Source of the DNA: Candidatus Harpocratesius repetitus
GTDB taxonomy: Archaea; Asgardarchaeota; Lokiarchaeia; Sigyniarchaeales; Promethearchaeaceae
Length of the DNA: 32,000 nt
Assembly: GCA_021498095.1 (NCBI GenBank)
Contig: JAIZWK010000001.1
Coordinates: 1,830,001-1,862,000 of the forward strand
Direction: 5' to 3'
Position numbers and translations under genes: made by a program. Below the pieces are notes generated by a model. It made no database searches and was not told the origin of the DNA. It saw only the letters and a list, made by a program, of their open reading frames with translations. This document shows, piece by piece, positions 19,018 through 27,873 of the stretch (position 1 is its first letter; every line of letters starts with the position of its first letter).

Positions 19018-19860
19018 TTATCCTTTTCTAAGATTATGAAGGAATCGAGGCCAAAATAGCAACCAAATGCAAATTGCCAGCAAATAATTCCATTCTAAGA
19101 TCGCTGAAATTTCTTTATCAAAAAAAAATTTATTCAAAATAAATGATCCCAAACACAAAATACCCGAGATTTGAAAATACATTTTTAAAACGTACATTGG
19201 AAAAAGCTTTTTCTCGTTTCCATTTCTGTGAAAAAATAATTTTTGAGACTCTATAATTTGAAAGCTTAAATTAGCAGTATAATAATAGCCCAAAAAGGCA
19301 ATGAGTGCGAATATGTAGTGAATTGCTCCTAAATCTAATGGGAAAATGCCAACAAATGAAAACCCTAAAGCTGATAATATTCCCACAAATAAAAATTGCT
19401 TTGCTTTTTTAGGATGAATTGTTTTAAACTTCCCTGTTAAATAGATTATGTATGGAATATGGGCAATTCCATTAAGTATCACCCCAATTCGCCAATATAT
19501 ACTTCCAATTGGATTCAAACCAGGACTTCCTTGATCGCTAATTGTATTTTTCCAGAAAAAATAATCCGTTGGATAAAGTATTTGTGCAAGAATTGAAACA
19601 AGAACTAATCCTGAAAATACAATCCAGATATAAGAACGAATAAATCTAAAATTAAAACTCTGAAAATAATTAAAATTCTGAAAGTATTTAAAATCTTTTT
19701 GCTTAGAAATAAATCCTTTATCTGTTTTTAACTTGAAATCTTCACCAAATTTTCTAGTTCGACCGAATTCTGTATCAAGATCTCCTTTTTCATTTCCATT
19801 TCTTGTATTCATAATTACTTTTGATTTTATCATTGTTTTGGGTAGAAGCATTTTTTTCAC
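19018..19860 (-). CDS. DUF998-like membrane protein
   Basis: Five TM helices, TISDQG (ISxLG-like) motif, GIFP...IHYIFA and LEW motifs. Hydrophilic N-terminal extension; exact start uncertain. Confidence 0.65.
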   Translation of the reverse strand: MKKMLLPKTMIKSKVIMNTRNGNEKGDLDTEFGRTRKFGEDFKLKTDKGFISKQKDFKYFQNFNYFQSFNFRFIRSYIWIVFSGLVLVSILAQILYPTDYFFWKNTISDQGSPGLNPIGSIYWRIGVILNGIAHIPYIIYLTGKFKTIHPKKAKQFLFVGILSALGFSFVGIFPLDLGAIHYIFALIAFLGYYYTANLSFQIIESQKLFFHRNGNEKKLFPMYVLKMYFQISGILCLGSFILNKFFFDKEISAILEWNYLLAICIWLLFWPRFLHNLRKG

Positions 19861-19887
19861 CTTTTAACTTATGTAGATTCAACAATA

Positions 19888-19945
19888 TTTGTTATATCTA
19901 TATAGTGTAAATTCATATATATAAACTTTGTCATATCTATATAGT
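19888..19945 (-). promoter_or_regulatory. Putative promoter of the DUF998 gene (BRE-like GACAAAG plus TATA box TTTATATA at 19918-19925) flanked by two 19-bp direct repeats
   Basis: TTTGTTATATCTATATAGT (19888-19906) and TTTGTCATATCTATATAGT (19927-19945) differ at one base and each contains the palindrome CTATATAG. Confidence 0.55.
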
Positions 19946-20006
19946 CGTGAAGAATGCTTTTTACTTCATTTTAAAATGTATGAAAAATTTCATACTGTTT
20001 ACCATT

Positions 20007-20339
20007 TTATTTGTGAATTTTAGCAGCTATATCAATTAATTGTGTTTCAGATAAAAGATCAAGCAGTTTTAAAAAGATGTCCCAATCCTGCGAGCTAAAT
20101 AAGTTATGAATAACACAAATAAATCCCCATCTTACAATAAATTTTAAATGATTTTGTACGATAGGAATAAATTCGTTTCTAAATACAGCACCACCTAATT
20201 CTAAAAAAAAATGGATTTCATCATATCGCATATAATTAACTACTTTCCAGCCCCAACTAAGAAATTTTTGAGATTTATCCTGATTAAGAAGGGATTTTTT
20301 ACTTTGAAGTGGTGTATTCACTGATACTAACTTATTCAT
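20007..20339 (-). CDS. Hypothetical protein (110 aa)
   Basis: ATG-started ORF filling an otherwise empty gap, co-directional with its neighbours. No recognisable motif. Confidence 0.4.
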   Translation of the reverse strand: MNKLVSVNTPLQSKKSLLNQDKSQKFLSWGWKVVNYMRYDEIHFFLELGGAVFRNEFIPIVQNHLKFIVRWGFICVIHNLFSSQDWDIFLKLLDLLSETQLIDIAAKIHK

Positions 20340-20492
20340 AATAATTCTATATTGATGTGATGTTGTTGTATTTTAATTCCGAAGAAATCTGGAAAGCGAT
20401 GAAAATCATATGTTTTGCATAATATCTATCTTTTCAAACAAGGAATTTTCTTAATTATTTAATAAAAAATTTTTGGCGAAATATGTCGATTT

Positions 20493-20510
20493 TTATCCTC
20501 CGGAGGATAA
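20493..20510. repeat. Perfect 18-bp palindrome TTATCCTCCGGAGGATAA in an intergenic region
   Basis: Read directly from the sequence; GC-rich core in very AT-rich surroundings. Confidence 0.7.
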
Positions 20511-20674
20511 TAAAATTAAATACAAAAAAAACAATTAATGAAAAGAACATAATAAGAAAATTAATGAATAATCAAAGAAGAGTGAAGTTTTCTGCAGGAA
20601 TTTTGCTTATGCGGGGGAGTATTCTTTGGTAACTTAATTCTACTAAGAAAAGCGAAAAAAAATATCATTATGAT

Positions 20675-21796
20675 TTAAATAGCACGCAGATTATTCAACT
20701 TTATACCTTTCCATTTTTTTATTCCCCCTTCCACGAAGAGAAGATTTTGAAATCCTAATTTCTTCAATATTCGTGCAGCAATTTCCGCTCTTTTTCCTGA
20801 GCCACAAATAGTAATTATCTTTTTATCACGCCATTTTAATAGTTGGGAAATATCGTTCATGATTGAAGATAAAGGAATATGATTTGCTTCAGGAATAGTT
20901 CCTAATTTTCCAGATAATTCTTTTTCTGAACGTACATCTAATAAAATATAGTCTTTATTATCTTTCAATATCTGAGAAAATACAAGAGGTGAAATCGCCT
21001 TAACAGAATATTTTTCCAAAGAAGGATCTAAAGTACCTAATGATTCACATGCTGGACTATCCAATGGAACCCATGCTGATTTGGGATCTTGCGTGCACTG
21101 ATAATTCGCTTTCAATACATCCTTCATCCAATCAGCTGGTCCTAAAACTAAATCGCTTAGATATTCAACATATGCTTCTTGATTAGTAAATTTAAGATAT
21201 GGATTTGTTTGCTTTTGCTCTCCAAGTGTTGTAGGTTGTCTTCCACGGTATTCATGAGCAGGATATACGATTAAATTATCAGGTAATCGCTTAATTTTTT
21301 CTAATGATATCCAATGTTGTTCTGGGGAACCTCCAGGTAAATCATCTCTTCCAGCTCCAGCTTCTCCTAAAAATAATGAATCTCCAGTAAAAAATTTCCC
21401 CAGAATTATTAAAGATATAGAATCTAAAGTGTGTCCAGGTGTTTCTAAAATTTTTATAGGAATTCCTTCAAAATTAATCTCCATTTCATCTTGAACCTTT
21501 AGTGAAACACATCGAACTTGAGAATATTTACTCATAACTAAATCTGGTTCAACCTCTTTGTATTTTTCTTTTAGTGCGGCTGCAGCTGAAATATGGTCGG
21601 CGTGAGTATGTGTATCGAAAATGTATTTAAGTGTATATTTATTTTGCTCAATTATATCAATATAATCTTGTAGATGCTCTAATTGTGGGTCTATCAACGC
21701 AATTGATGATGAGTTAATCGGCCGAATTAGGTATGCTTTACAAGTATGGTCTGGATTAATCATTTGAAAATAATATTCTTGATCCTTTGTTAGCAT
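20675..21796 (-). CDS. MBL-fold metallo-hydrolase (ETHE1/persulfide dioxygenase-like) fused to a C-terminal rhodanese domain
   Basis: THTHADH, TPGHT, TGDSL, GRDDL, YPAHEY, ANYQC (ETHE1-type ANxxC). Rhodanese LLDVRS...ANHIPL...ICGSGKRA with the active-site Cys. GAGG RBS. Confidence 0.9.
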   Translation of the reverse strand: MLTKDQEYYFQMINPDHTCKAYLIRPINSSSIALIDPQLEHLQDYIDIIEQNKYTLKYIFDTHTHADHISAAAALKEKYKEVEPDLVMSKYSQVRCVSLKVQDEMEINFEGIPIKILETPGHTLDSISLIILGKFFTGDSLFLGEAGAGRDDLPGGSPEQHWISLEKIKRLPDNLIVYPAHEYRGRQPTTLGEQKQTNPYLKFTNQEAYVEYLSDLVLGPADWMKDVLKANYQCTQDPKSAWVPLDSPACESLGTLDPSLEKYSVKAISPLVFSQILKDNKDYILLDVRSEKELSGKLGTIPEANHIPLSSIMNDISQLLKWRDKKIITICGSGKRAEIAARILKKLGFQNLLFVEGGIKKWKGIKLNNLRAI

Positions 21797-21827
21797 GCGT
21801 GTTTTTCCTCATTTGTCTTAAATTCTT

Positions 21828-22220
21828 TTAAAAACGCTCCCAAGCACGGTGAACAGCAGCACCAGTCATCTCAATTACCGGTTTCATTTCACTTTCTGGT
21901 GCGAGTCCAATTGCTGGTGCGATTTTCATAATTGAAATATGAGATACATAAATCTTGCCTAAATCTTCATATACAGCAAAACTACATGGAAATAATAATC
22001 CAACATCTTTTGAAACATCCAATGCTGCTTTAGCAAATTCAGGACCGCATGCTAAGATGATTGTATATCGTGGATACTCGATGCCTAATTTTTTTTTAAA
22101 CATCTCATCGAGAGATTTGATTAGCATAACGTTAAAACCCTCTTCGCCAACAATTTTTGTTACAGTTGCTACTGCTTCATCAAAATTCATATTCATTTTT
22201 TTTTTTAGAAAGTCAACCAT
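21828..22220 (-). CDS. DUF302 domain protein
   Basis: FDEAVATV...GFNV..IKSLDEMFKKKLG...YTIILACGP..A....VGLLFPCSFAVYE matches the DUF302 pattern. Probable start at 22220 (the track starts at 22286). Confidence 0.85.
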   Translation of the reverse strand: MVDFLKKKMNMNFDEAVATVTKIVGEEGFNVMLIKSLDEMFKKKLGIEYPRYTIILACGPEFAKAALDVSKDVGLLFPCSFAVYEDLGKIYVSHISIMKIAPAIGLAPESEMKPVIEMTGAAVHRAWERF

Positions 22221-22405
22221 TTTACTCAAAATTTTTTTAATTTTTGTCCTCAAAAAGGTTGTGCTTTGTAAAAATAGAGAAATCAAGCGCTGGATTTAGA
22301 ATTAATAACAAGCAAAATACGATCTTTATTCCAATAAATTTTAAATCATTTTTTGCTTACTTTCGAAGGCTCAAATTTCTTAACTGAGATCTCCTTATTT
22401 CAAAT

Positions 22406-22795
22406 ATGGTCAAAGAAATTACTGAAGATGAACTCGATGAGTTGATCAAAACCAAAAAAATTGTTATTGTTGATTTTTCAGCTGTTTGGTGTATGCCATG
22501 TAAATCACTAGGAAAAGTCTTAGAAGAAAAAGTTGCTCCAAAATTAAAAGATCGAGACGATGTTGCATTAGTAAAAATTGATATCGATAAAAATCGTGGT
22601 ATTGCTGAGGGTTTGCAAATTATGTCCGTTCCAAGTATGATGTTTTTCTTTAAAGGGCAACGAATTGTATTTCAAGGTGAAAATGGGCAGAATGAAGACC
22701 GTATTGTAGGATTTGCTCCAAATATTGATGAAATTATTTTTGGATTAATAGAGCAGTTAGATAATACCCCAGAAACCCCAGCAGAGAATTTATAA
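22406..22795 (+). CDS. trxA: Thioredoxin
   Basis: VIVDFSAVWCMPCK active site, IDID, IMSVPSMMFFFKG cis-Pro motif. Confidence 0.93.
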   Translation: MVKEITEDELDELIKTKKIVIVDFSAVWCMPCKSLGKVLEEKVAPKLKDRDDVALVKIDIDKNRGIAEGLQIMSVPSMMFFFKGQRIVFQGENGQNEDRIVGFAPNIDEIIFGLIEQLDNTPETPAENL

Positions 22796-22873
22796 TAAAT
22801 AATTGAATTTATCGTGTATAATTTTGTTTTTATTTATTTTTATGAATATTGATTCTCTATTAATTCTGTTTTC

Positions 22874-23842
22874 TTAAATATTTGATTTTTTCTTTCGTTT
22901 TGCTTTCTTTTTTTCAGGTAAAGGTTTTCTGAAGATAAGGAAATAATGATGATGCACATTTGAGATATAAGTGTTAGGATAGCCCCAAATTCCTAATTTT
23001 TTATCGCGTTGACACCACAAGAATTCTTGGCACAGCTGCCAGCCGAATTTTCGCATTTCTAAAGCGAATTCCCATGCAATAGGATAAAATTGTTGTTTTG
23101 CTTTAAGTAAATTCTGCATAATTACTGCAATATAAGCTCCAGGGCGCATTACTTCCAATATTTTAGCGTAAATTTGAAGTAACTCGTTTAAAAATTCTGA
23201 ATATTCTGCAATATTTCCCATATCTTGCGTACTTTCAGAAAAGGTTAAATCTAGTCCTTCTGCTTTACGATCTTTATGCGTGCTGTTTGAACCACCACGG
23301 GAATGATGCAACATATCCCAATATGGCGGAGAAGAAATGCAGAAATCAAATTTGGGAAGTCCCAATTTGGGAATATTTCTAGCATCTCCAACTACAATAT
23401 ATTGATTTGTTCTTTGCGCTGCAATTTTTGCCCATTTTTCTGTTAATTCAATTCCGACTCCATTACGATGAGTCTGATCACAGGCAACTAAGGTTGATCC
23501 AGTTCCTAAAAACGGATCTAATACCCACATTCCTTCCTTAGTAAAAAATTTGATAAATTTTCCAATCAGATCCTCTGGAAATTTTGCAGGATGAAGATGT
23601 TCTTGCAAATTTTTATTTCTAGGTGGAGGATGATGTTCAAACCATGATCGTGTAAATTTAATCCATTCTGTGCCTGTAAGGTTGTTTAAAGTATTTCGAG
23701 GACTGTATTTTCCACGACCTTCAATCTCAATGGGTTCACTAGGTTCTTCAATTTTAGAAAAGTGTGGTACAAATATTGATGAAGAAGAAGAATCTTCGTT
23801 GGAATGTTGCAATGTAAGTAAATCTTTGGCATAGAGAAGCAT
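22874..23842 (-). CDS. DNA amino-methyltransferase (probably m4C), circularly permuted beta-family (zeta-type motif order)
   Basis: HPAKFP, then VLDPFLGTGST (motif I), GIEL, GDAR, then SSPPY (motif IV). Probable start ATG at 23842. Confidence 0.88.
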   Translation of the reverse strand: MLLYAKDLLTLQHSNEDSSSSSIFVPHFSKIEEPSEPIEIEGRGKYSPRNTLNNLTGTEWIKFTRSWFEHHPPPRNKNLQEHLHPAKFPEDLIGKFIKFFTKEGMWVLDPFLGTGSTLVACDQTHRNGVGIELTEKWAKIAAQRTNQYIVVGDARNIPKLGLPKFDFCISSPPYWDMLHHSRGGSNSTHKDRKAEGLDLTFSESTQDMGNIAEYSEFLNELLQIYAKILEVMRPGAYIAVIMQNLLKAKQQFYPIAWEFALEMRKFGWQLCQEFLWCQRDKKLGIWGYPNTYISNVHHHYFLIFRKPLPEKKKAKRKKKSNI

Positions 23843-23900
23843 CTTTAGTGAAAATATGCATGGAAATCTTTTATTTATTCGGATTTTTATATCAACTTGC

Positions 23901-25145
23901 ATGGTAAAAAATGATTTTATAACTAATGATAACGATCACATTTTTCATTTTGATGTTTGTATTATTGGTGGGGGTATCGCAGGTAATTTTTTAGCTTCAC
24001 TTCTATGTTCTTCTTACTCGAATTCTTTAAATTCGCCGATTTCTGTATGTGTTGTAGAAGAACATTCCGAAATTGGGTTTCCCTTTCAATGTGCTGGAAT
24101 TGTTTCTCAAAAATTATTATCTTTAGTAAGAATTCCAAAAGAAATTGTTTTAAATCGCATTGATAAAGCATATTTATATTCTCCTAATCTCCAAAGTATT
24201 TGTGTTTCTGCCCAAGAGCGCCCCGTAGTAATCAATAGGATTGCATTTGATAAGTATTTTGCAAAAAAGGCGCTTGAACATGGGGCAGTTTATTTCATGA
24301 AGGAAAAATTCCTTCGATTTAAGCAAATTAACAAAAAATTAGTTGAAGTTCAAACCAATCATCGAAAAATCACTTGTAATATTTTGGTCGGTGCTGATGG
24401 TCCAATTTCTCAAGTTGGTCGCCAATTTGGGCATAAAAATATCGTTATTCCAGCAGCACAAGTTCGGGCTCGAATAAATCATCCTTATAATATTACTTCG
24501 ATGTATTTTAATGATAGATGGCGCGAATTATTCGGATACATTGTTCCAGAAGGAAAAAATGGGATTTCTCGCATTGGATTAGCGTGCCAACATCATACAC
24601 TCCAAAAATTAAAACAGTTTCTACAAATACTTCATGTTTCTTCATTGAGTATCGAAGATAGGCAAGGTGGTATAATTCCTATTGGTGTTCCTAATCGATT
24701 TGTTTGGGACAATGTGGTCTTAATCGGTGATTCTGCAGGATTTGTTAAAGCAACTACTGGTGGAGGTATTATTATGATCTTAAGTGCCGCAAAGATCTTA
24801 GCTCCTGCTATTTTTAGTGCCTTAAATAATCAGGATTTTTCTTACCAATTCTTTCGTAGAAAATATCAGCGGCCATTTAAAAGAACTTTGGGAATAGAGT
24901 TGAAAATTCACTTTTTGATTCGTATTTTCCTTTTAAATTTACGAAAAGCGGATTATAAGCGACTTTTCAAATTTTATCAACTTTCAAAGATCCAAAAGAT
25001 GGTTTTCGATGATGCAGATATGGATTTTCCCGGTCGAATTATAAAAAAACTACTAATGACATCAGAGTTTTGGAGATATATTCTGCCAATTTCTTTTCGT
25101 TACTTGAAATTAGTACCAATTTTTATCAGAATAATTTTAACATAA
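23901..25145 (+). CDS. Geranylgeranyl reductase family FAD oxidoreductase (DGGGPL reductase-like)
   Basis: DVCIIGGGIAG, QCAG (PxxC-type), LVGADG, LIGDSAGFVKATTGGGI. Probable start ATG at 23901. Confidence 0.88.
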   Translation: MVKNDFITNDNDHIFHFDVCIIGGGIAGNFLASLLCSSYSNSLNSPISVCVVEEHSEIGFPFQCAGIVSQKLLSLVRIPKEIVLNRIDKAYLYSPNLQSICVSAQERPVVINRIAFDKYFAKKALEHGAVYFMKEKFLRFKQINKKLVEVQTNHRKITCNILVGADGPISQVGRQFGHKNIVIPAAQVRARINHPYNITSMYFNDRWRELFGYIVPEGKNGISRIGLACQHHTLQKLKQFLQILHVSSLSIEDRQGGIIPIGVPNRFVWDNVVLIGDSAGFVKATTGGGIIMILSAAKILAPAIFSALNNQDFSYQFFRRKYQRPFKRTLGIELKIHFLIRIFLLNLRKADYKRLFKFYQLSKIQKMVFDDADMDFPGRIIKKLLMTSEFWRYILPISFRYLKLVPIFIRIILT

Positions 25146-25258
25146 AGATGAAAGAGTGAAATAAGTGAAAAGTTAAATTTGTCGTTTTTTGTGATGACAT
25201 TTTTAGCCTCCCTTTTTTTTAAATAGCATGCATTTCGCTTTATTAGTGTTGAAAAAAA

Positions 25259-25687
25259 ATGAATTCTTTATCTAAATCTTCATCTCCTCAAATGATAACT
25301 TTATTGAAAACTAACAATAAGAAATTTTTTTTTCTGTTCATAGGAAGTACAATTGGAATAATTTATGTAATTCTGAAATATATCATTCAAAAAACAGATA
25401 TATCACCAATTATTTTTTCAGCCCTTTTTCTGGTTTCAACTTCCAGTTTTTTATTTGGTGTATATTATTGGAGTATTAATTTAACAAAAAGCCAATTATT
25501 TCTTCTCGGTTCAGTGAGTATGTTGGTTGGAAGTGGATTTCTTTTCGTTTTTATCTTGAATAAAAATCAAATTTTCATGGATTTTGGAATAATTGGTATC
25601 GTTATCGGTATTTTTGCGCTTTTCTACTTCACTCTGTTATTACTTGGCAAGAAAATAGATAAAGAATCAGAATATGATTATGAGTAA
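25259..25687 (+). CDS. Small four-TM membrane protein, unknown function
   Basis: Four hydrophobic helices. Its 3' end overlaps the convergent methyltransferase by 10 bp. Confidence 0.6.
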   Translation: MNSLSKSSSPQMITLLKTNNKKFFFLFIGSTIGIIYVILKYIIQKTDISPIIFSALFLVSTSSFLFGVYYWSINLTKSQLFLLGSVSMLVGSGFLFVFILNKNQIFMDFGIIGIVIGIFALFYFTLLLLGKKIDKESEYDYE

Positions 25688-27714
25688 TTATTTTTTAATG
25701 TTCTTTGAATTTCCTTTATGTAATCAAATGGCAAGACATCTGCATGACTAATTGTCGTTTCTTGATTTTTTATGAAGTTAATGGGAATAAAGGGAAGTTC
25801 TTTCAAATTGGAGAGTAAAATACGTGGAAAAAGTCGCTTTCCATGGCTAAAAGTCATAAATAAATAATACGCAGACAATTCAGATCTAATTTGCTTTATC
25901 AGCATTGTTTGATAAGATTGCAGACTTTTGGGTAAAATTATATTATAAATACTTTGAGAAGTCAGTATTCCTGAATCAACTGAAGCTGCACATATATACA
26001 TGTTATGTAGTAATTGCCGAACAATAATTCTTGAATTCTCATAATATTTTAAGGGCTTATATTGAATTCCCTTATAACCTAAAGAAATCAGACTATCGGG
26101 TTCTACATGGGTAGTTGATTCAGAAAAATTTTGAAAGAAATATTTCTGATTATCTAAATTGGATTTTGAAAGCGCTGATATACTTTTTTTTAATTGAAAT
26201 GGTTGAATTATGCAGGTTTTAATAATATCATTTGATTTCGGGAGATTTTGATGACAATTTTTGCATTTTAATCGTTTTTCTGAAAAGGGCATCCAAATCT
26301 TACATGAAGGGCACTGCATTATCTCCCCCTTTTTTGATAATTCAACACCTCGAAAAACATGAATTTTTTCTTGATGGTTATTTCGATTCCACTCATTTAT
26401 ACTAATAAAATTTTTTTTTAACCAAATTACAATGGGACTTTTGTGTATTTGGTGAAGATTTAGCAAATTGGGAAAATTCTGGAGGAGTTTGGACTTTTTT
26501 CCATGAAATTGAGTCGATTCAGCATATTCTATCGATATATGTCCATTTTGATCATTATTTGTTTTATGGAGAAAAATTTCAATATTTTCAACCACAGCAG
26601 TTAAAAATGTATTTGAAACCTTCTTGATCTTAATGAAATTACAATAAGAAACAATCAATTTTCTTATATTCTGGCGTGAATTTAATGTAAGTATCGTTTC
26701 GGGAATAATCATTCCCAATATTCCATTTGGAGGTAGTAATCTTAAACTTCTCTCAATAAATACATCCGATAAATCGAATTGGCCATTTGCAGATTGATAT
26801 CCAGCCTTTCTAAGATAAGAAAGATAAGATTTTGAGAGTTCTCTATAAAAAATATAAGGAGGGTTACCGACAATAATTGTAGGTTTAAATTTTTGTAGAT
26901 CATCTGATTTATCCAAAAAATCATGTTGAAATATTTGAATGGGAGGAATATCTTCAAGAATTTCAAGAGAAAAACTCAATTGTTGATTTTTAATAAAAAG
27001 CAGAGAAATAACTGTGGAAAGTAATGTGGTCATAAATATGCTTAGAGGATCGAGATCAACTGCTGCAAGTTTATTCTTTATACTCTTCCATAATGATTTT
27101 TCTCTGAAATCTCTGGAATGAAGATTATTGTTTAGAAATTCTTTATCTTTAAGAAATGGATGATTTTGAAGTTCTTGCACCAATATCCAAGTAATAAAGA
27201 ATCCTGAACCACAACCAACATCCAACCAATGTTTTTGGTTAAGATTTTGTGCTTGTTTTTGGAAATAATATCGAATATCAATTTGCTCTTTTTGTTTTTC
27301 TTTATTTTGATTTTGATTTTTAAATTCTTTTTGCCATAATAAATTGCAATTCGTGATTATTTCTCTAACTATTGTAATAGGGGTAAGTACCTGACCCAAT
27401 TTACTTTTAATTTCACTATTTCGTGCCATAATAATTTGTGAGAATTGCTCTGTTATAGAAATAAATTGATTCTCTAAGTTTGATTGTAAGAAAAGAGTAT
27501 CAAAAAAGCTTATCCAAGAATTACTACTTGAAGTATTATTATTATTATGAAAAATCATTCGATTATCTGTCAATTCTTGTAAATTTAGAAATATAATATG
27601 ATAAAAATCTGAATAGTTCTCTGAATTAATTATATCTGAATGGTGTTCTAATGCTTTTAAAAAATGTTTCCAAAAATCAATTAACTTTCCATAAATGTCT
27701 CGATCTGATAACAA
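25678..27714 (-). CDS. N6-adenine DNA methyltransferase, gamma class (Eco57I/TaqI-like), with a Cys4 insertion in the target-recognition region
   Basis: GQVLTP (motif X), WLDVGCGSGFF (motif I), AAVDLD, IVGNPPY (motif IV), FIERSLRLL...GMIIP, TaqI_C-like IIVRQL...SIYNI, and CPSC-x12-CKNC. TTG start. Confidence 0.88.
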   Translation of the reverse strand: MLSDRDIYGKLIDFWKHFLKALEHHSDIINSENYSDFYHIIFLNLQELTDNRMIFHNNNNTSSSNSWISFFDTLFLQSNLENQFISITEQFSQIIMARNSEIKSKLGQVLTPITIVREIITNCNLLWQKEFKNQNQNKEKQKEQIDIRYYFQKQAQNLNQKHWLDVGCGSGFFITWILVQELQNHPFLKDKEFLNNNLHSRDFREKSLWKSIKNKLAAVDLDPLSIFMTTLLSTVISLLFIKNQQLSFSLEILEDIPPIQIFQHDFLDKSDDLQKFKPTIIVGNPPYIFYRELSKSYLSYLRKAGYQSANGQFDLSDVFIERSLRLLPPNGILGMIIPETILTLNSRQNIRKLIVSYCNFIKIKKVSNTFLTAVVENIEIFLHKTNNDQNGHISIEYAESTQFHGKKSKLLQNFPNLLNLHQIHKSPIVIWLKKNFISINEWNRNNHQEKIHVFRGVELSKKGEIMQCPSCKIWMPFSEKRLKCKNCHQNLPKSNDIIKTCIIQPFQLKKSISALSKSNLDNQKYFFQNFSESTTHVEPDSLISLGYKGIQYKPLKYYENSRIIVRQLLHNMYICAASVDSGILTSQSIYNIILPKSLQSYQTMLIKQIRSELSAYYLFMTFSHGKRLFPRILLSNLKELPFIPINFIKNQETTISHADVLPFDYIKEIQRTLKNNYS

Positions 27715-27873
27715 GATATAAAAAAAAAGGATTACACTACCAAAAAAAATATCGAATTAATAGAAAAAGTTGTTTTTCTTCAATAATTTTTAAGATACTA
27801 TTAAAGATTAATCAAGTATAAAGAAATCTTTGAAAAAATATGAAAAAAAAGCAAAAAACTCAATTTTTAACAC

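Noticed and set aside
23842-23902. Head-to-head overlap of the methyltransferase and GGR genes implied by the ORF track
   Set aside because: Downstream ATGs at 23842 (-) and 23901 (+) remove the overlap and precede the conserved regions.
22874-27714. Complete restriction-modification system
   Set aside because: No endonuclease, specificity subunit or helicase gene is recognisable; the intervening genes are a flavoprotein and a small membrane protein.
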